Assembly (NCBI GenBank): GCA_964646045.1
Contig: CAZYAW010000088.1
Location: 239-64,238 of the forward strand
DNA from: an uncultured Victivallales bacterium
Lineage (GTDB): Bacteria > Verrucomicrobiota > Kiritimatiellia > UBA8416 > SLMC01
Direction: 5' to 3'
DNA: 64,000 nucleotides
Part shown: one piece after another, positions 39,843 through 53,723 of the stretch
How positions within the stretch are numbered: the stretch's first letter is position 1
Layout of the letters: every line of letters begins with the position of its first letter
The notes under the pieces: model-generated
Databases searched by the model: none
The model's input: only the letters and a program-made list of their open reading frames with translations
Told to the model about the DNA's origin: nothing
Program-made: the position numbers and the translations under genes

Positions 39843-42800
39843 ATGGCGGAAAGAATAAATTTCGGCAAACTTAACGCCGTTATCGAGCCTCCGGATCTCA
39901 TCGGAATTCAGACTCTGTCGTTCAGGGACTTTATTCAGACGGAAGTTCCCTCCGACCGGAGAAAGCCCGAAGGACTGCAAGGCGTCTTCAAGGAGGTTTT
40001 CCCCGTTGAAAGCTACGATGGTCGTTATACTCTGGATTTCGTGAAGTACGATCTTACGCCTCCGCGCATGAGCGATGTCGAGTGTCGCGCGGAAGGTCAG
40101 ACGTACGCTTCCGCTCTGCATGCGACTTTCCGCATCAAGGACGGCGACGAAATACGCGAGGACAGCGTCTATATGGGGGAAATTCCCCTCATGACCGACG
40201 ACGGTTCGTTCGTGATCAACGGAGCCGACCGCGTAGTGGTCAGCCAGTTGCATCGCTCCCCGGGAATATGCTCCGAACAAACGCTGCACGCGAACGCCGA
40301 AACCATTTATTCCATGCGCATTATCCCGGACCGGGGCTCCTGGATCGACATTCAGTTCGACATCTCGGATCTGATCTGGATTTTCATGGACCGGCGCCGA
40401 CGGCGCAGGAAGTTTTTGGCCAGTTCGTTTCTGCGCGCCCTGGGCTACGGATCGGACGACGAATTGCTGGGTCTGTTCTATCGACTGGGAGATTTGGACC
40501 TCGCAAAATCGCACTCCGAACCGAGCCTGGAGAATTTGGTCTTCAAGGAGGATGTCTCCGATTTCGATTCCAAAACCGTTCTGGGCCGGAAATACGAGGC
40601 GGTCACCACCGCCGCTCTGGAGGCCATGAAAGACGCGGGCATCCCGCGTGTCGCGATCGTGGACGTGTCCTGGGACAAGGGCCTCTTCCTGACCAGTGTC
40701 AAGGCGGACACCACGCACGATACGGACGAGGCGCTGAAGGACATGTACCATCGTCTTCGTCCCGGCGACCCCGCGACGCCGTCCAACGCGAAACAATTGC
40801 TTAAGCGCATGTTCTTCGATTCGCGTCGCTACGACCTGGGCCGCGTAGGCCGCTATAAGATCAACCGCAAACTGGGTCGCGACGCCGACAGCGATATGCG
40901 AGTGCTGTGCGTGGAGGATATCGTCGAAACCGTGCGCCATCTGATCAAGATCCGCAAGGGCGAAGAAAGCATCGACGATATCGATCATCTGGGCAATCGG
41001 CGCATACGCACGATCGGCGAACTGCTGGAAAACCAGTGCCGTATCGGTCTGGCGCGCACGGAACGACTGATCAAGGAGCGCATGACTCTCTTCGATCCCA
41101 CGACCGGTGTGCTTTCCCCGCAACGACTGGTCAATTCCAAGTCGCTTTCCGCGATTGTTCAGGATTTCTTCGGACGCAGTCAGTTGAGCCAGTTCATGGA
41201 TCAGACCAATCCTCTGGCCGAGCTGGCCCATAAACGACGCCTCAGCGCCTTGGGGCCGGGCGGACTCAATCGGGACCGGGCCGGCTTCGAGGTGCGCGAC
41301 GTGCACAGCAGCCACTACGGGCGCATCTGCCCGATCGAAACCCCGGAAGGGCCCAATATCGGCTTGATTTCATCGATGTGCATTTACGCCAAAGTCAACG
41401 ATTTCGGCTTTCTCGAAACCCCGTACCGCAAGGTGACGAATGGCGTCGTGACCGACGACGTCGAGTACATGACGGCGGATCAGGAGGAGAAATTCGTCAT
41501 CGCCCAGGCCAATGCCCCCCTGGACAAGTGCAATCGCTTCTTGAACGACACTGTCTCCGTGCGCTACCGGGGCGAATTTATCGAGGCGGCGAAGGCGAAG
41601 GTGGACTACATGGACGTCTCGCCCAAGCAGGTGGTGAGCGTGGCGGCCGGACTGATCCCCTTTCTCGAGCACGACGACGCCAACCGGGCGCTGATGGGCG
41701 CCAACATGATGCGCCAGGCGGTTCCCCTGCTGATCGCGGAGCGCCCCTTCGTCGCCACGGGCATGGAGGAACGCGTCGCCCGCGACACCCGCGTGGTCAT
41801 CACGGCCCGCAATGCCGGGACGGTCTCCTACGTTTCCGCGAACCGCATTGTGATCTCCCCCGCCCGCAAACCGTCGCAAACCGGGCAGGCGGTGGCCGCG
41901 GAACCGGACGTGTACCGCCTGCAGAAATTTCGGCGGTCGAATGCGGGGTCGTGCTTCAACCAGAAACCTCTCGTCCGCGTGGGTCAGACCGTCGCCGACG
42001 GCGAGGTGCTGGCCGACGGCCCCGCCACGCGAGACGGCGAAATGGCCATCGGAAAAAATCTGCTGGTGGCTTTCATGCCCTGGTGCGGCTACAATTTCGA
42101 GGACGCCATTCTGATCAGCGAACGCATTGTGCGCGACGACGTTTTCACCTCCGTGCATATTCAGCAATTCGAAGTGAGCGCCCGGGACACCAAGCTCGGT
42201 CCCGAGGAAATCACGCGCGACATACCGAATGTCGGCGAGGAAGCCTTGAGCAATCTCATGCCGGACGGCGTGGTGCGCGTGGGAGCCGAGGTCAAGCCCG
42301 GCGACATTCTGGTCGGAAAAATCACGCCGAAAAGCGAAACCGAACTTGCCCCGGAAGAACGGCTCCTGCGGGCCATTTTCGGCAAAAAGGCGGCGGAGGT
42401 CCGCGACACGTCGCTTACGGTCCCCAGCGGGACGCACGGAATCGTCATGGAGGTCAAAGTCGCCGCGCAGAAGGAAACGCCCCGCGTCGGCGCCGCTGAG
42501 ACGGATAAAAAAAGGAAAATCAAGAGCCTCAAGGACGAACATCGCGACACCCGACAGAAATTGACCGATGAAATCACCGAGAAATTGAGCGATATTCTGC
42601 TGGGCGAAAAAATTCCGCTTGAAGTTCTGGACGCGCAGTCCGGCGAAATCGTGATTCCCGCCAACAAGAAAATCACCAAGACTCTGCTCAGAAAACTGGC
42701 GCAGATCTGCGATCATATTCAAATCGAACGCAGTCCGATCCAAGTCAAAATCGACGAGATTGTCGGAGAATACAAAGCCAAGTTTTCCGAACTCGACGTC

Positions 42801-43634
42801 GAATATGAAGACGTGGTGGGACGTGTGGAGAGCGGCGACGAAGTGGATTCCGGGATCGTCAAGCAGGTTCGCGTCTATGTGGCGACCAAAAAGACGCTTT
42901 CCGTCGGCGACAAACTTTCCGGACGGCACGGCAACAAGGGCGTTGTGGCGCGGATTCTGCCCGACTTCGAAATGCCCTATTTAGAAGACGGGACCCCGGT
43001 GGACATTGTCCTGAACCCGCTGGGTGTCCCTTCGCGCATGAACTTGGGACAGGTCTTTGAAACCCACCTGGGATTGGCGTGCAAGACGTTGAACATGCAC
43101 GTGGCCTCCCCCATTTTCGACGGCATTCGCGAGAACGAGATGTTCGATCTCATCGAAAAGGCGGGCCATTCCCGGGACGGGAAATCGCGCCTGTTCGACG
43201 GTCGCACGGGCGAGCCGTTCGCGCAGCGCGTGATGGCCGGCTACATTTACATGCTTAAACTGCATCACTTGGTCAGCGATAAGATTCACGCGCGGGCCGT
43301 AGGTCCCTACTCGCTGGTAACGCAACAGCCGCTGGGCGGCAAGGCCCAGTACGGCGGCCAGCGCATGGGCGAAATGGAAGTCTGGGCGCTGGAGGCCTAC
43401 GGAGCGGCCTATGCGCTGCAGGAGCTGCTGACCGTCAAGAGCGACGATGTGGCGGGTCGCACCCGGATGTACGAACTGATCGTAAAAGGCGAAAACACCT
43501 TGGAAGCCGGAACACCGGAATCTTTCAACGTGCTTGTAAACGAACTGCAGGGCCTTTGCCTTAAACTGGAAATGCGGCAAGAACGATCGGGCGGCAAGTC
43601 GTCCGGTTCCGCGCATTCGGGGGAACTGTTTTGA
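39843..43634 (+). CDS. rpoB: DNA-directed RNA polymerase subunit beta
   Basis: 1263 aa with conserved rpoB blocks (e.g. [24 protein letters not shown]). Confidence 0.95.
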   Translation: MAERINFGKLNAVIEPPDLIGIQTLSFRDFIQTEVPSDRRKPEGLQGVFKEVFPVESYDGRYTLDFVKYDLTPPRMSDVECRAEGQTYASALHATFRIKDGDEIREDSVYMGEIPLMTDDGSFVINGADRVVVSQLHRSPGICSEQTLHANAETIYSMRIIPDRGSWIDIQFDISDLIWIFMDRRRRRRKFLASSFLRALGYGSDDELLGLFYRLGDLDLAKSHSEPSLENLVFKEDVSDFDSKTVLGRKYEAVTTAALEAMKDAGIPRVAIVDVSWDKGLFLTSVKADTTHDTDEALKDMYHRLRPGDPATPSNAKQLLKRMFFDSRRYDLGRVGRYKINRKLGRDADSDMRVLCVEDIVETVRHLIKIRKGEESIDDIDHLGNRRIRTIGELLENQCRIGLARTERLIKERMTLFDPTTGVLSPQRLVNSKSLSAIVQDFFGRSQLSQFMDQTNPLAELAHKRRLSALGPGGLNRDRAGFEVRDVHSSHYGRICPIETPEGPNIGLISSMCIYAKVNDFGFLETPYRKVTNGVVTDDVEYMTADQEEKFVIAQANAPLDKCNRFLNDTVSVRYRGEFIEAAKAKVDYMDVSPKQVVSVAAGLIPFLEHDDANRALMGANMMRQAVPLLIAERPFVATGMEERVARDTRVVITARNAGTVSYVSANRIVISPARKPSQTGQAVAAEPDVYRLQKFRRSNAGSCFNQKPLVRVGQTVADGEVLADGPATRDGEMAIGKNLLVAFMPWCGYNFEDAILISERIVRDDVFTSVHIQQFEVSARDTKLGPEEITRDIPNVGEEALSNLMPDGVVRVGAEVKPGDILVGKITPKSETELAPEERLLRAIFGKKAAEVRDTSLTVPSGTHGIVMEVKVAAQKETPRVGAAETDKKRKIKSLKDEHRDTRQKLTDEITEKLSDILLGEKIPLEVLDAQSGEIVIPANKKITKTLLRKLAQICDHIQIERSPIQVKIDEIVGEYKAKFSELDVEYEDVVGRVESGDEVDSGIVKQVRVYVATKKTLSVGDKLSGRHGNKGVVARILPDFEMPYLEDGTPVDIVLNPLGVPSRMNLGQVFETHLGLACKTLNMHVASPIFDGIRENEMFDLIEKAGHSRDGKSRLFDGRTGEPFAQRVMAGYIYMLKLHHLVSDKIHARAVGPYSLVTQQPLGGKAQYGGQRMGEMEVWALEAYGAAYALQELLTVKSDDVAGRTRMYELIVKGENTLEAGTPESFNVLVNELQGLCLKLEMRQERSGGKSSGSAHSGELF

Positions 43635-46600
43635 ACTATCGATCCGCCAAGGAATTACTGGAAGGGGTCTCGGGGCCGGCGAACTTCAATTCCATCGCCA
43701 TTACACTGGCGTCCCCCGAATCCATTCGCGCCTGGAGCTGGGGCGAAGTCAAGAACCCCGAAACTATTAACTACCGAACCTACAAGCCCGAACGCGGCGG
43801 ATTGTTCTGCGAGCGTATTTTCGGACCGACCAAGGACTGGGAATGCAGTTGCGGCAAGTACAAGCGCATCAAGCACAAGGGCGTCATTTGCGACCGCTGC
43901 GGCGTAGAGGTCACCCTTTCCAAGGTTCGGCGCGAGCGGATGGGCCACATTGAACTGGCCGTTCCCGTTTCGCACATCTGGTTCTTCAAGTGTACCCCGA
44001 GCCGCCTCGGTCTGATGATGGACATCACCACAACCAGCCTGGAGCGCGTGCTTTACTACGAGGACTACATGGTCGTCGATCCCGGCGACACCCCGCTGAC
44101 GCACAAGCAGATGATGAGCGAGATCGAGTGCCGGGAGGCCGTACAGAAGTTCGGAGAAAATGCCTTCACGGTCAAAACGGGAGCCGAAGCCGTTCGCGAC
44201 GTCCTGGCGGCGACCGACCTTGGAAAGTTCATGGAGGAACTGGAGGAAGCCATGGACAATACGCGCAATAAGCAGACGCGCAAGAAGCTCTCCAAGCAAA
44301 TGAAACTGGCCGAAGGATTCCGAACCAACGGGACCCGTCCCGAATGGATGATTCTCGACGTTCTGCCCGTGATTCCGCCGGAACTTCGCCCGCTGGTACC
44401 TCTGGAAGGCGGACGTTTCGCGACTTCGGACTTGAACGATCTGTACCGGCGCGTCATCAATCGCAACAACCGGCTGAAAAATCTTCAGCAGCTCAAAACG
44501 CCCAACGTCATCATCCGCAACGAGAAACGCATGCTCCAGGAGGCGGTAGACGCCGTCTTCGACAACGGGCGCCACGGTCGCGCCGTGACCGGCGCCGGCA
44601 ATCGGCCGCTCAAATCCCTCAGCGACATGCTGCGCGGCAAGAGCGGACGATTCCGCCAGAACCTGCTGGGTAAGCGCGTGGACTACTCCGGCCGTTCCGT
44701 CATTGTCGTCGGCCCGGAACTGAAGCTCAACCAGTGCGGACTCCCGCAGAAAATGGCCCTGGTGCTGTTCGAGCCGTTCATCATCAAACGTCTCAAGGAC
44801 ATGGGCGTGGTGCATACGGTACGCGGAGCGAAGAAGCTGATTGAACGCCGCACGGACCAGGTCTGGGACGTTCTCGAGGATGTGATCAAGAACAAGACGG
44901 TCATGCTCAACCGGGCTCCTACCCTGCACCGTCTGAGTATTCAGTCGTTCGAGCCGGTTCTGATAGAGGGCGAGGCGATCCAGATCCATCCACTGGTGTG
45001 TACCGCGTTCAATGCCGACTTCGACGGCGACCAAATGTCCGTGCACGTGCCTCTGTCCATCGAAGCGCAGCAGGAGTCACGGCTGCTGATGCTCTCGACC
45101 AACAACATTTTCTCTCCTTCCAGCGGTCGTTCCATGATGACGCCCACGCAGGATATCGCGCTGGGCCTCTACTATCTGACCGATTTGAGCCAGTCTGAAA
45201 AACGGCGCCGCCTGTCGAAACCGAATCAGGCCGAAGAAGAAGAACAAGCAAAACGTATGCCGGTTTGCGCCAATGCGGAAGAAGTGCGCCTGGCCCACGA
45301 GGACGGAGCCCTCGGCATACACGATCTCATTCGTTTCAAAAACCCGGATCGAGGCCGGGAAACCATTCATGGAGATCGTGACTCCAACTACATTGTCACC
45401 ACCCCGGGCCGCGTGTTTTTCAACGAAATATGGCCCCCGGAAATCGGTTTTGTCAACGCGATCATGAACAAGAACATGGTCGGCGACCTGATCAGCGACT
45501 GCTACGGGGTCGCCTCCCACAAGCGACTGGTCAAGGCGCTGGACGCGCTCAAAACCATCGGTTTCGAGTACGCCACGCTGGCTGGCGTCTCGATCGGGCT
45601 GGTGGACATGATCATCCCGACCGAAAAGAAGACCATCCTCGACAGGACAAAGGGCCAGGTGGACGCCGTACGCCACCAATATCGTCAGGGCATAGTCACA
45701 GACGGCGAACGGCACAACAAAGTGCTGGACATTTGGACGCAGGCGACCGACGACGTGGCCGACGCCATGTACCGGGCCATCGAGATCAATCAGAACAGCG
45801 ACGAATGCAACCCCGTTTTCATGATGGTGGATTCCAAAGCGCGCGGCAGCCGCCAGCAGATTCGCCAGCTTTGCGGAATTCGCGGTCTGATGGCCAAGCC
45901 TTCGGGTGAAATCATCGAGCGGCCGATCATCTCCAATTTCAGAGAAGGCCTCAGCGTGCTGGAATACTTCATCAGCACCCACGGAGCACGCAAGGGATTG
46001 GCGGACACGGCGCTGAAAACGGCCGATGCCGGATATCTGACGCGCAAGCTGGTGGACGTAGCCCACGACGTCATTATCGTGGAACACGACTGCAATACGG
46101 TCAACGGCATCGAGGTGGGCGCCATGATGGAGGGCGACGAAGTCCTGATTCCTCTGCGCCAAAGAGTGGTCGGACGCACCGCGCTGAATGACATTGCCGA
46201 CCCGGTCAGCGGCCAGATCATTGTGGCGGCGGGCGACGAGATCAAGGAAAGCGACTGCAACGAAATCGAGAAACGCGGCATCGACAGTCTGCGCATCCGC
46301 AGCGTCCTGACCTGCGAGTCGCGCCGCGGCCTGTGCATGCGCTGCTACGGACGCGATCTGACAACCGGTCAGACAGTGGATGTCGGCACGGCGGTCGGCA
46401 CGATCGCAGCCCAGTCGATCGGCGAACCCGGCACCCAGTTGACGCTGCGCACCTTCCATATCGGCGGCACGGCCAGTTCCATTTTCAAGCAGCCGGAAAT
46501 CGTCTCCAAAAAGGGCGGTATCGTTCGACATCACGACTTACGCGTGGTCAGGAACCCGAGCGGCAATTTTGTGGCGCTGAACAAGAACGGGGTCATTAGC

Positions 46601-47821
46601 GTACACGACGAGTCCGGCCACGAGGTGGAACGATTCACCACGGCCATCGGCGCGCAGATATTTGTCGAGGACGGCGGCCGGATCGAGCCGGGCGGACTGC
46701 TGGCCAAATGGGATCCGTACAGCGTCCCGATTCTAGCCGAACAGGAGGGGCAGATCCTGTTCCACGATTTCATCGAAAACGTTTCCGTCAAGCGTGAAGT
46801 CGATGAAGCAACCGGCACAAGCGGCATTGTCGTCCTGGAGAACAAACAGGCGCTGCATCCGCAAATCATTATCAAAAGCGCAAGCTCCGACGAGGTGCTG
46901 GGTTTCTACAGTATTCCGACCGGGGCGCGCGTGATGGTCGATGCCGACATGACCGTGCATCCCGGCGATCTTCTGGCGCGCACGCCCAGGAAAGAGTCGA
47001 AAACTCGGGATATCGTCGGCGGTCTGCCCCGCGTGGCCGAACTGTTCGAGGCCCGCCAGCCCAAAGACGCCGCCGAAATCGCGCGTATCGAAGGCCTGGT
47101 GGACTTCGGGGAAAACCAGCGCGGGAAGCGCTGCCTCGTCATCCGCGACGAAATTACCGGCGGCGAAGAGGAACATCTGATTCCCATGGGCAAGCACATC
47201 ATCGTCTTCAAAGGCGACAAGGTCAAGAAAGGGCAGCAGTTGACGGACGGCCCCATTGTCCCCCAGGAAATTCTCGATGTGTGCGGACCGCAGGAACTGC
47301 AGGAATACCTGGTGCGCGAGGTGCAGCAGGTCTATCGTCTGCAGGGCGTCGAAATCAACGACAAACACGTCGAGGTCATCGTTCGTCAAATGTTGCGCAA
47401 GGTCAAAATTACGAATCCGGGCGACACGGAGTTCCTCTGGGGCGACCAGGTCATGAAACAGACCTTCATCGAGGTGAACGAGGCCGCCAAGCGGGAAGGC
47501 AAGCGCCCGGCCGAGGCGACTCCGGCTCTGCTGGGTATTACCAAGGCGTCGCTTTCCACCGAAAGCTTTATTTCCGCGGCATCCTTCCAGGACACCACCC
47601 GGGTGCTCACGGAGGCGGCTACGCTGGGGCGCGTCGACGAACTGCGCGGCTTCAAGGAAAACGTCATCATGGGACATTTGATCCCGGGCGGAACCGGATT
47701 CCCGATGTACCGCAACATCAAACTGGTGCCTCTGGCCGAACCCATCGCGGAGGATCCGGCCGCCGAGGAAACCGAGGCCCGAAACGAAGCCGAAAAAAAA
47801 TTGAAAGATCTTTTGGGATAA
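43631..47821 (+). CDS. rpoC: DNA-directed RNA polymerase subunit beta'
   Basis: 1396 aa, zinc CxxC...CxxC near the N-terminus, NADFDGD catalytic motif. TTG start overlaps the rpoB stop (TTGA). Confidence 0.95.
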   Translation: MNYRSAKELLEGVSGPANFNSIAITLASPESIRAWSWGEVKNPETINYRTYKPERGGLFCERIFGPTKDWECSCGKYKRIKHKGVICDRCGVEVTLSKVRRERMGHIELAVPVSHIWFFKCTPSRLGLMMDITTTSLERVLYYEDYMVVDPGDTPLTHKQMMSEIECREAVQKFGENAFTVKTGAEAVRDVLAATDLGKFMEELEEAMDNTRNKQTRKKLSKQMKLAEGFRTNGTRPEWMILDVLPVIPPELRPLVPLEGGRFATSDLNDLYRRVINRNNRLKNLQQLKTPNVIIRNEKRMLQEAVDAVFDNGRHGRAVTGAGNRPLKSLSDMLRGKSGRFRQNLLGKRVDYSGRSVIVVGPELKLNQCGLPQKMALVLFEPFIIKRLKDMGVVHTVRGAKKLIERRTDQVWDVLEDVIKNKTVMLNRAPTLHRLSIQSFEPVLIEGEAIQIHPLVCTAFNADFDGDQMSVHVPLSIEAQQESRLLMLSTNNIFSPSSGRSMMTPTQDIALGLYYLTDLSQSEKRRRLSKPNQAEEEEQAKRMPVCANAEEVRLAHEDGALGIHDLIRFKNPDRGRETIHGDRDSNYIVTTPGRVFFNEIWPPEIGFVNAIMNKNMVGDLISDCYGVASHKRLVKALDALKTIGFEYATLAGVSIGLVDMIIPTEKKTILDRTKGQVDAVRHQYRQGIVTDGERHNKVLDIWTQATDDVADAMYRAIEINQNSDECNPVFMMVDSKARGSRQQIRQLCGIRGLMAKPSGEIIERPIISNFREGLSVLEYFISTHGARKGLADTALKTADAGYLTRKLVDVAHDVIIVEHDCNTVNGIEVGAMMEGDEVLIPLRQRVVGRTALNDIADPVSGQIIVAAGDEIKESDCNEIEKRGIDSLRIRSVLTCESRRGLCMRCYGRDLTTGQTVDVGTAVGTIAAQSIGEPGTQLTLRTFHIGGTASSIFKQPEIVSKKGGIVRHHDLRVVRNPSGNFVALNKNGVISVHDESGHEVERFTTAIGAQIFVEDGGRIEPGGLLAKWDPYSVPILAEQEGQILFHDFIENVSVKREVDEATGTSGIVVLENKQALHPQIIIKSASSDEVLGFYSIPTGARVMVDADMTVHPGDLLARTPRKESKTRDIVGGLPRVAELFEARQPKDAAEIARIEGLVDFGENQRGKRCLVIRDEITGGEEEHLIPMGKHIIVFKGDKVKKGQQLTDGPIVPQEILDVCGPQELQEYLVREVQQVYRLQGVEINDKHVEVIVRQMLRKVKITNPGDTEFLWGDQVMKQTFIEVNEAAKREGKRPAEATPALLGITKASLSTESFISAASFQDTTRVLTEAATLGRVDELRGFKENVIMGHLIPGGTGFPMYRNIKLVPLAEPIAEDPAAEETEARNEAEKKLKDLLG

Positions 47822-47824
47822 GTG

Positions 47825-47853
47825 TTGATTGCCGTGGGCTACTCTGATAATGT
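47825..47853 (+). promoter_or_regulatory. Weak sigma70-like promoter candidate (TTGATT-N17-TAATGT) upstream of rpsL
   Basis: Located in the 69-nt rpoC-rpsL spacer. Confidence 0.2.
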
Positions 47854-47890
47854 CCCGGCTTTCTTTGTGTTAGCGCCGAGAGGTAGTATC

Positions 47891-48268
47891 ATGCCGACCA
47901 TTAATCAACTGGTGAGAAAAGGCCGCAGTCAGACCCGCGGCAAGAGCAAATCGCCCGCACTTAGGAAATGCCCGCAGCGGCGCGGCGTCTGTCTTGACGT
48001 TCGTACGCAGACGCCCAAAAAACCAAATTCCGCCCTGCGGAAAGTCGCGCGTGTGCGATTGACGTCCGGATTTGAAGTCAACGCCTACATTCCGGGCGAG
48101 GGGCACAATCTTCAGGAACACAGCGTAGTCCTGGTCCGAGGCGGTCGCGTGAGCGACCTGCCCGGCGTCCGCTATCATATTGTGCGCGGGGCGCTGGACA
48201 GCCTGGGCGTGGACAAACGCAAAGTCAGCCGATCCAAATACGGTGTGAAAAAGCAGAAAAGTTCATAG
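47891..48268 (+). CDS. rpsL: 30S ribosomal protein S12
   Basis: [12 protein letters not shown]...[11 protein letters not shown]. Start sits inside a longer ORF-track frame. Confidence 0.9.
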   Translation: MPTINQLVRKGRSQTRGKSKSPALRKCPQRRGVCLDVRTQTPKKPNSALRKVARVRLTSGFEVNAYIPGEGHNLQEHSVVLVRGGRVSDLPGVRYHIVRGALDSLGVDKRKVSRSKYGVKKQKSS

Positions 48269-48277
48269 GAGAAAGCC

Positions 48278-48748
48278 ATGGCGCGAAGGCGCAAGTCAGA
48301 AAAACGCACGTTGACGCCCGACCCCAAGTTCAACAGCGAACTGGTGGCGAAGATCATTAACTACGTAATGGAACGCGGCAAGAAATCCACGGCCGAGCGC
48401 ATTGTCTACGGCGCGATCGACGAGATCGCTACCAAGATGAAGCAGGACCCGGTCGAGGTTTTGATTCGCGCCATCGACAATATCAAGCCGCGCGTCGAAG
48501 TTCGTTCGCGCCGTGTCGGCGGAGGAACCTATCAGGTGCCCGTGGATGTGGGCCGCGAACGGCAACTGGCCCTCGCCTTGCGGTGGCTGATGCAGTTTTC
48601 CTCCTCGCGCAAGGGCGTTTCGATGGCCAAAGCCCTGGCACAGGAATTGATGGACGCATTCGCCAATCAGGGCAATGCCGTACGGAAGAGAGAAGACACG
48701 CACAAAATGGCGCAGGCCAACAAGGCCTTTGCGCACTACGCCTGGTAG
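48278..48748 (+). CDS. rpsG: 30S ribosomal protein S7
   Basis: S7 motifs; 156 aa. Confidence 0.9.
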   Translation: MARRRKSEKRTLTPDPKFNSELVAKIINYVMERGKKSTAERIVYGAIDEIATKMKQDPVEVLIRAIDNIKPRVEVRSRRVGGGTYQVPVDVGRERQLALALRWLMQFSSSRKGVSMAKALAQELMDAFANQGNAVRKREDTHKMAQANKAFAHYAW

Positions 48749-48770
48749 TTCATACGGAAGCCATCCGACC

Positions 48771-50906
48771 ATGGGAACGGTTTTGACACATAAAGCGAAA
48801 AAGAGGGAGCGCGCGAATGCGGACGGCGCGGAACCGGTCGGCCGGCTCTGCGATCTGGACCGCCTGCGCAACATGGGGATTGTCGCCCATATTGACGCCG
48901 GGAAAACCACCATTTCCGAACGCATGCTTTTCTACTCGGGTCGCGTCCATAAAATGGGCGAAGTCCATGAGGGCAACGCCGTCATGGACTGGATGATCCA
49001 GGAGAAGGAACGAGGCATCACGATCACCAGCGCGGCCTCGTCTTTTTTCTGGCGGAATCATCAGATCAACCTGATTGACACGCCGGGACACGTCGATTTT
49101 ACGGCGGAAGTGGAACGTTCGCTGCGAGTGCTGGACGGCGTGATCGGCGTCTTTTGCGCCGTCGGCGGCGTGCAGGCGCAGTCGGAAACCGTTTGGCGCC
49201 AGGCGGAGCGCTACCATATCCCGCGCATCGCTTTCGTCAACAAAATGGACCGGATCGGCGCGGATTTCAAGCGTGTCGTGTCGCGGATACGCGAACGACT
49301 GCAGGCCCGTCCGCTACCCGTTCAAATTCCGATCGGGCAAGGCGAAACTTTTCGCGGCGTGATCGACCTCTTACGAATGCAGGCCTGCCTTTTCGACCAT
49401 CCGAATGCGGAACCGGCACAGCCCCTCTGGCAGGACATTCCTGCCGACCTGGCGGTACAAGCCGAAGAAATGCGGGCGCAAATGATCGAGACGGTCGCCG
49501 AAAACGACGAGGCTACACTCCATCTGTACATGGAAAACCCCGACGTGGCGGAAGAGGATGTCGTGGCGGGACTGCGACGCGCCACGCTGGCCTGTCGGCT
49601 TACCCCGACCCTGTGCGGAGCCGCCCTGCGCAATATGGGGATGCAACCGCTGCTCGACGCCGTCATTCGCTACCTGCCTTCACCTCTGGATGTTCCGCCG
49701 ATCGAAGGTACGCATCCCGCAACGGGCGCCGTTGAAAAACGGTCGGCCTGCGACGAAAGCCTGTGCGGGCTCGTTTTCAAACTGGTGGGCGATCCCTATG
49801 CCGGTCGCCTCGCGTTGATCCGACTCTACTCGGGACGCATCGCCAAAGGGCAGAATCTCTACAATCCCCGTACCCGGCAACGAGCGCGCGTCTCCCGCCT
49901 GATCCGTCTGCACGCCGACAACCGGGAAGAAACGCTTGCTCTTTTCTCCGGTGAAATCGGAGCCGTCGCCGGCCTGCGCGATTTGGCGACGGGCGACACG
50001 ATCTGCCGGGAGAACGCCCCCGTGCTGCTGGAAGGCATCCGCTTCCCGGAACCGGTCATGTTTATGGCGGTCGAACCGAAAAGCCGGGCGGAAAAGGACA
50101 AGCTGGAAGCGGCGCTGGCATTGCTGGAGTCCGAGGACCAGACCTGCGTCATTCGCAAGGACGTCGAAACCGGGCAGACCGTCATGGGCGGCATGGGCGA
50201 ATTGCATCTGGAAATTCTGCGGGACCGCATGCTGCGCGAGTTTGGAGTCGAGGCCCGGGTCGGAGAACCCATGGTGGCCTACTACGAAACCGTGACGCGC
50301 CAGGCCGCGGCGCAACATTGTTTCGACCGCGAAACGGGAGGAGCGCGACAATTCGCCCGGATCGAGCTTGAAGTGGCGGCGTCCGGTCGCGCGGCGGGCA
50401 ATGCCGTCGAGTTCGCCGTGGACCGTCGGCGCGTGCCGGATGCCTTTCGCCCCGCCATTGAAGCGGGCATTCAGGACGGCCTGGCGACAGGGGTTCTGGC
50501 CCGTTATCCGATGACCGACGTACACGTGCGGGTGGTCGGGGGGCAATTCGACGAAGCGCTCTCCACCGACACGGCCTTTCGTACGGCCGCGTTGCTGGCT
50601 TTCCGCGCGGCGGTGGAGCAGGCCGCCCCGGAATTGCTGGAGCCGATCATGAGTCTGGAAATAGAAACGCCGTCCGAACATGTCGGTGAAGTCATGGGCG
50701 ACTTGAACGCGCGGCGGGGAAAGGTGCGAGACATTGCCGCGAGCGGAGAAGGTCAAACCATCCGCGCGGAAGTTCCCCTGTCGGAACTTTTCGGATATTC
50801 GACCGCCATCCGTTCTTTGACGGCCGGACGCGGGCATTATACCATGGAACCGGATAAGCTGGATGTAGCGCCCGCTTCGTTGCGGGATAAACTTTTGAAC
50901 AGGTGA
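48771..50906 (+). CDS. fusA: Elongation factor G (N-terminus ~25 aa longer than typical)
   Basis: [12 protein letters not shown], canonical ERGITITS switch I, DTPGHVDF; 711 aa. Confidence 0.9.
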   Translation: MGTVLTHKAKKRERANADGAEPVGRLCDLDRLRNMGIVAHIDAGKTTISERMLFYSGRVHKMGEVHEGNAVMDWMIQEKERGITITSAASSFFWRNHQINLIDTPGHVDFTAEVERSLRVLDGVIGVFCAVGGVQAQSETVWRQAERYHIPRIAFVNKMDRIGADFKRVVSRIRERLQARPLPVQIPIGQGETFRGVIDLLRMQACLFDHPNAEPAQPLWQDIPADLAVQAEEMRAQMIETVAENDEATLHLYMENPDVAEEDVVAGLRRATLACRLTPTLCGAALRNMGMQPLLDAVIRYLPSPLDVPPIEGTHPATGAVEKRSACDESLCGLVFKLVGDPYAGRLALIRLYSGRIAKGQNLYNPRTRQRARVSRLIRLHADNREETLALFSGEIGAVAGLRDLATGDTICRENAPVLLEGIRFPEPVMFMAVEPKSRAEKDKLEAALALLESEDQTCVIRKDVETGQTVMGGMGELHLEILRDRMLREFGVEARVGEPMVAYYETVTRQAAAQHCFDRETGGARQFARIELEVAASGRAAGNAVEFAVDRRRVPDAFRPAIEAGIQDGLATGVLARYPMTDVHVRVVGGQFDEALSTDTAFRTAALLAFRAAVEQAAPELLEPIMSLEIETPSEHVGEVMGDLNARRGKVRDIAASGEGQTIRAEVPLSELFGYSTAIRSLTAGRGHYTMEPDKLDVAPASLRDKLLNR

Positions 50907-50915
50907 GACTTTCAC

Positions 50916-51224
50916 ATGGACGGACAGAGGATACGGATACGACTGCAGGCGTACGACCACAAGGTACTGGACCAGGCGGTGCTGGACATTATCGAGACGG
51001 CCAAGGGCACCGGAGCCCAAGTGGTGGGTCCGGTTCCGCTCCCCACCCGCATCGAACGGTTCACCGTGAACCGCAGTCCGCATGTGGACAAGAAATCGAT
51101 GGATCAGTTCGAAATGCGCACGCACAAGCGTCTGCTCGACATAATCGAACCGACCGCCAAAACCGTTGACGAGCTCAAAAAGCTCAATTTGCCTGCGGGC
51201 GTGGATATTACGATCAAAATATAG
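50916..51224 (+). CDS. rpsJ: 30S ribosomal protein S10
   Basis: [14 protein letters not shown]...GPVPLPT. Confidence 0.9.
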   Translation: MDGQRIRIRLQAYDHKVLDQAVLDIIETAKGTGAQVVGPVPLPTRIERFTVNRSPHVDKKSMDQFEMRTHKRLLDIIEPTAKTVDELKKLNLPAGVDITIKI

Positions 51225-51237
51225 AGCCGAGGGATTC

Positions 51238-51882
51238 ATGCAGGGTTTGATTGGCAGAAAACTGGGAATGACACAGATCTACGACGATCGCGGCGTTCGT
51301 GTGCCGGTAACGATCATCGAGGTCGGCTCGTGCGTCGTTTTGCAACGCAAAACGCGGGCGCGAGACGGATACGAGGCCGTTCAACTGGGTTTCGGAAACT
51401 GTCGGGAAGGCGTTCTGAACAAAGCGGAACTGGGACGCATCAAAAAAGCGGGGGTAACGCCCCGGCAATGCCTGCGCGAAGTGCGCCCTTCGGCGGGAGA
51501 CGCCGAACTCAAGCCGGGCGACGCCGTGACGGCGTCCATTTTCGAAGGCGTCTCGCATGTGGACGTGATCGGTATCACGAAAGGACGCGGGTTCGCCGGT
51601 TTGCTGAAAAGGCATCACATGGGGGGCGGCGCGATGACCCACGGCGGCCATTCCAAGCGCCGTGTCGGATCGATCGGGCAGTGCTCGTTCCCCGCCCGCG
51701 TCGCCAAAGGCCAACGTATGCCGGGACACATGGGGCATGTTCGCCGCACTCAGCAAAATCTCAAACTGGTTGGAATACGACCGGAAAGCAATGTTCTTCT
51801 CGTGCAAGGCGCCGTACCCGGAGCCGGCGGAGGCATTGTTCTGGTACGAAAAGCCCTTAAGAAGACGGAGAAGGCGTCATGA
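51238..51882 (+). CDS. rplC: 50S ribosomal protein L3
   Basis: MQGLIGRKLGMTQIYDD...; start inside a longer ORF-track frame. Confidence 0.9.
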   Translation: MQGLIGRKLGMTQIYDDRGVRVPVTIIEVGSCVVLQRKTRARDGYEAVQLGFGNCREGVLNKAELGRIKKAGVTPRQCLREVRPSAGDAELKPGDAVTASIFEGVSHVDVIGITKGRGFAGLLKRHHMGGGAMTHGGHSKRRVGSIGQCSFPARVAKGQRMPGHMGHVRRTQQNLKLVGIRPESNVLLVQGAVPGAGGGIVLVRKALKKTEKAS

Positions 51883-52583
51883 GCATGTTGACTGTGTACG
51901 ATATGAAAGGCGCGGCCTCCGGCGAAATCGAATTTCCCGACGACTTGCTCGTGGTCCGCAAGGGCGGTCAGGCGGTTCACGACGCCGTCGTGGCGACCCG
52001 GGCCGCGCACCGGGCCGGTACGGCCTCGACTCTGAGCAAAGGCCGAGTCGCCGGAACCGGCGCCAAGCCATGGCGCCAGAAAGGCACGGGACGCGCGCGG
52101 GCCGGCTACAAGCAGTCGCCCGTCTGGCGCGGCGGCGGCGTAGCCTTCGGTCCGCATCCACGCGATTTCGCGGTCAAGGTCAATCGCAAGGCGACTCGCC
52201 TGGCTTTTCAGCGAGTTTTCAGCGAAAAACTGGCGTCGGGCGCGGTCAAGGTTGTGGAGACCGTTGCTCTTGACGAGCCGAAAACACGCCTTTGGACCGC
52301 ACTTATGAAGGCGCTGGACCTTTCCGGGCCCACTCTATTCATGCTCGGGAGTATCGACGAAAAAGTGCGGCTGGCATCGCGGAACTTGGCGAATGTGGAG
52401 GTCCTGCGCGCCGACAACGTAGGGGTCTACACTCTTTTGCGCTATCCGGCGATTGTCGCGGATCGCGCCGGCATGGAGGCGATCGAAAAGCGTTTCGGAG
52501 CCTGGCGACGGCGGACCGGCACGGAAACCGAACCCGACCGAAGTCCTGCGGCGGAAACCGACGGCGGAGAGGAAGTGGCCTAA
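51879..52583 (+). CDS. rplD: 50S ribosomal protein L4 (C-terminal extension)
   Basis: L4 core plus a ~30-aa acidic tail; ATGA overlap with rplC. Confidence 0.9.
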   Translation: MSMLTVYDMKGAASGEIEFPDDLLVVRKGGQAVHDAVVATRAAHRAGTASTLSKGRVAGTGAKPWRQKGTGRARAGYKQSPVWRGGGVAFGPHPRDFAVKVNRKATRLAFQRVFSEKLASGAVKVVETVALDEPKTRLWTALMKALDLSGPTLFMLGSIDEKVRLASRNLANVEVLRADNVGVYTLLRYPAIVADRAGMEAIEKRFGAWRRRTGTETEPDRSPAAETDGGEEVA

Positions 52584-52864
52584 TGGAAGAGCATGCGATC
52601 ATCAAGCGGGTACAGGCGACGGAAAAAGGCACCGCCCTGGCCGAAAAGAACAACCAGTACATTCTTGAAGTGGCGAAAGGGGCCAACAAGATCGAAATCA
52701 AGAGAATGGTCGAAAAAATGTTCGGCGTGTCGGTCTTGAACGTCAATACCATGATCGTGCAGGGGAAGCGCAAGCGGGAACGAACCGCGCGATACGGCAA
52801 ACGACCCGACTGGAAGCGAGCGATCGTTTCATTGAAAGAGGGAGACAAGATCAGCGCAACCTGA
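52583..52864 (+). CDS. rplW: 50S ribosomal protein L23
   Basis: [16 protein letters not shown]... 93 aa; one-nt TAATG junction with rplD. Confidence 0.85.
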   Translation: MEEHAIIKRVQATEKGTALAEKNNQYILEVAKGANKIEIKRMVEKMFGVSVLNVNTMIVQGKRKRERTARYGKRPDWKRAIVSLKEGDKISAT

Positions 52865-52896
52865 TCCGCAACACAGGACTGGGAGTAAACAGCATC

Positions 52897-53721
52897 ATGC
52901 CCAATAGAAAATTCAATCCCTTGACGCCGAGCCTTCGATTTACGACGGTATCGACGTTCGAGGAAATAACAAAAAGCAAGCCGGAACGTTCTCTGGTGAA
53001 AGCCAAGAAGAATTCGGCGGGACGCAACTCGGCGGGACGCATTACGGTGCGCCATCGCGGAGGCGGCCACAAGCGTAAAATCCGCACTCTGGATTTCCGC
53101 CGTGAAAAGGCGGGCATACCGGCGCGGGTCGCGGCCATTGAATACGACCCCAACCGTTCGGCCAATATCGCGCTGCTGCATTACGCGGACGGGGACAAGC
53201 GCTACATTCTGGCGCCGCTCGGCATTGGGGTCGGCGCCACGCTGCTGTCCGGACCGGAAGCCGATGCGGTCGAAGGCAACGCGCTGCCCCTGCGCCGCAT
53301 TCCGTTGGGTGTCAGCATTCATTGCGTGGAGTTGCGGCCGGGCGGCGGCGGCGCGATTGTGCGATCGGCCGGCAATGCCGCCACGCTGATGTCGCGCGAT
53401 GAAGACCGTGCAACCGTCAAGCTGCCTTCGGGCGAAATTCGCATCCTGCACGTCAACTGCATGGCGACGGTCGGACGGGTGGGCAATCCCGACCATTCGG
53501 GACGATCCGACGGCAAAGCGGGACGCAAACGATGGAAGGGCGTTCGTCCGACCGTGCGCGGCGTCGTCATGAACCCGGTCGACCATCCCATGGGCGGCGG
53601 CGAAGGGCGCAGCTCCGGCGGCGGCCATCCGGTTTCGCCGTGGGGCAAGCTGGCCAAGGGCGGCAAGACCCGATCCAAAAAGAATCCTTCCAGCAAGTTC
53701 ATTGTGAAACGGAGGAAGTAG
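52897..53721 (+). CDS. rplB: 50S ribosomal protein L2
   Basis: L2 motifs ([33 protein letters not shown]). Confidence 0.9.
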   Translation: MPNRKFNPLTPSLRFTTVSTFEEITKSKPERSLVKAKKNSAGRNSAGRITVRHRGGGHKRKIRTLDFRREKAGIPARVAAIEYDPNRSANIALLHYADGDKRYILAPLGIGVGATLLSGPEADAVEGNALPLRRIPLGVSIHCVELRPGGGGAIVRSAGNAATLMSRDEDRATVKLPSGEIRILHVNCMATVGRVGNPDHSGRSDGKAGRKRWKGVRPTVRGVVMNPVDHPMGGGEGRSSGGGHPVSPWGKLAKGGKTRSKKNPSSKFIVKRRK

Positions 53722-53723
53722 GC

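Noticed and set aside
39645-46534. Long minus-strand ORFs (39645..41315, 41370..42929, 43655..45046, 45077..46534) antisense to rpoB and rpoC.
   Set aside because: Arg/Gly/Leu-rich low-complexity translations typical of antisense frames in high-GC DNA. They are fully embedded in unmistakable rpoB/rpoC reading frames.
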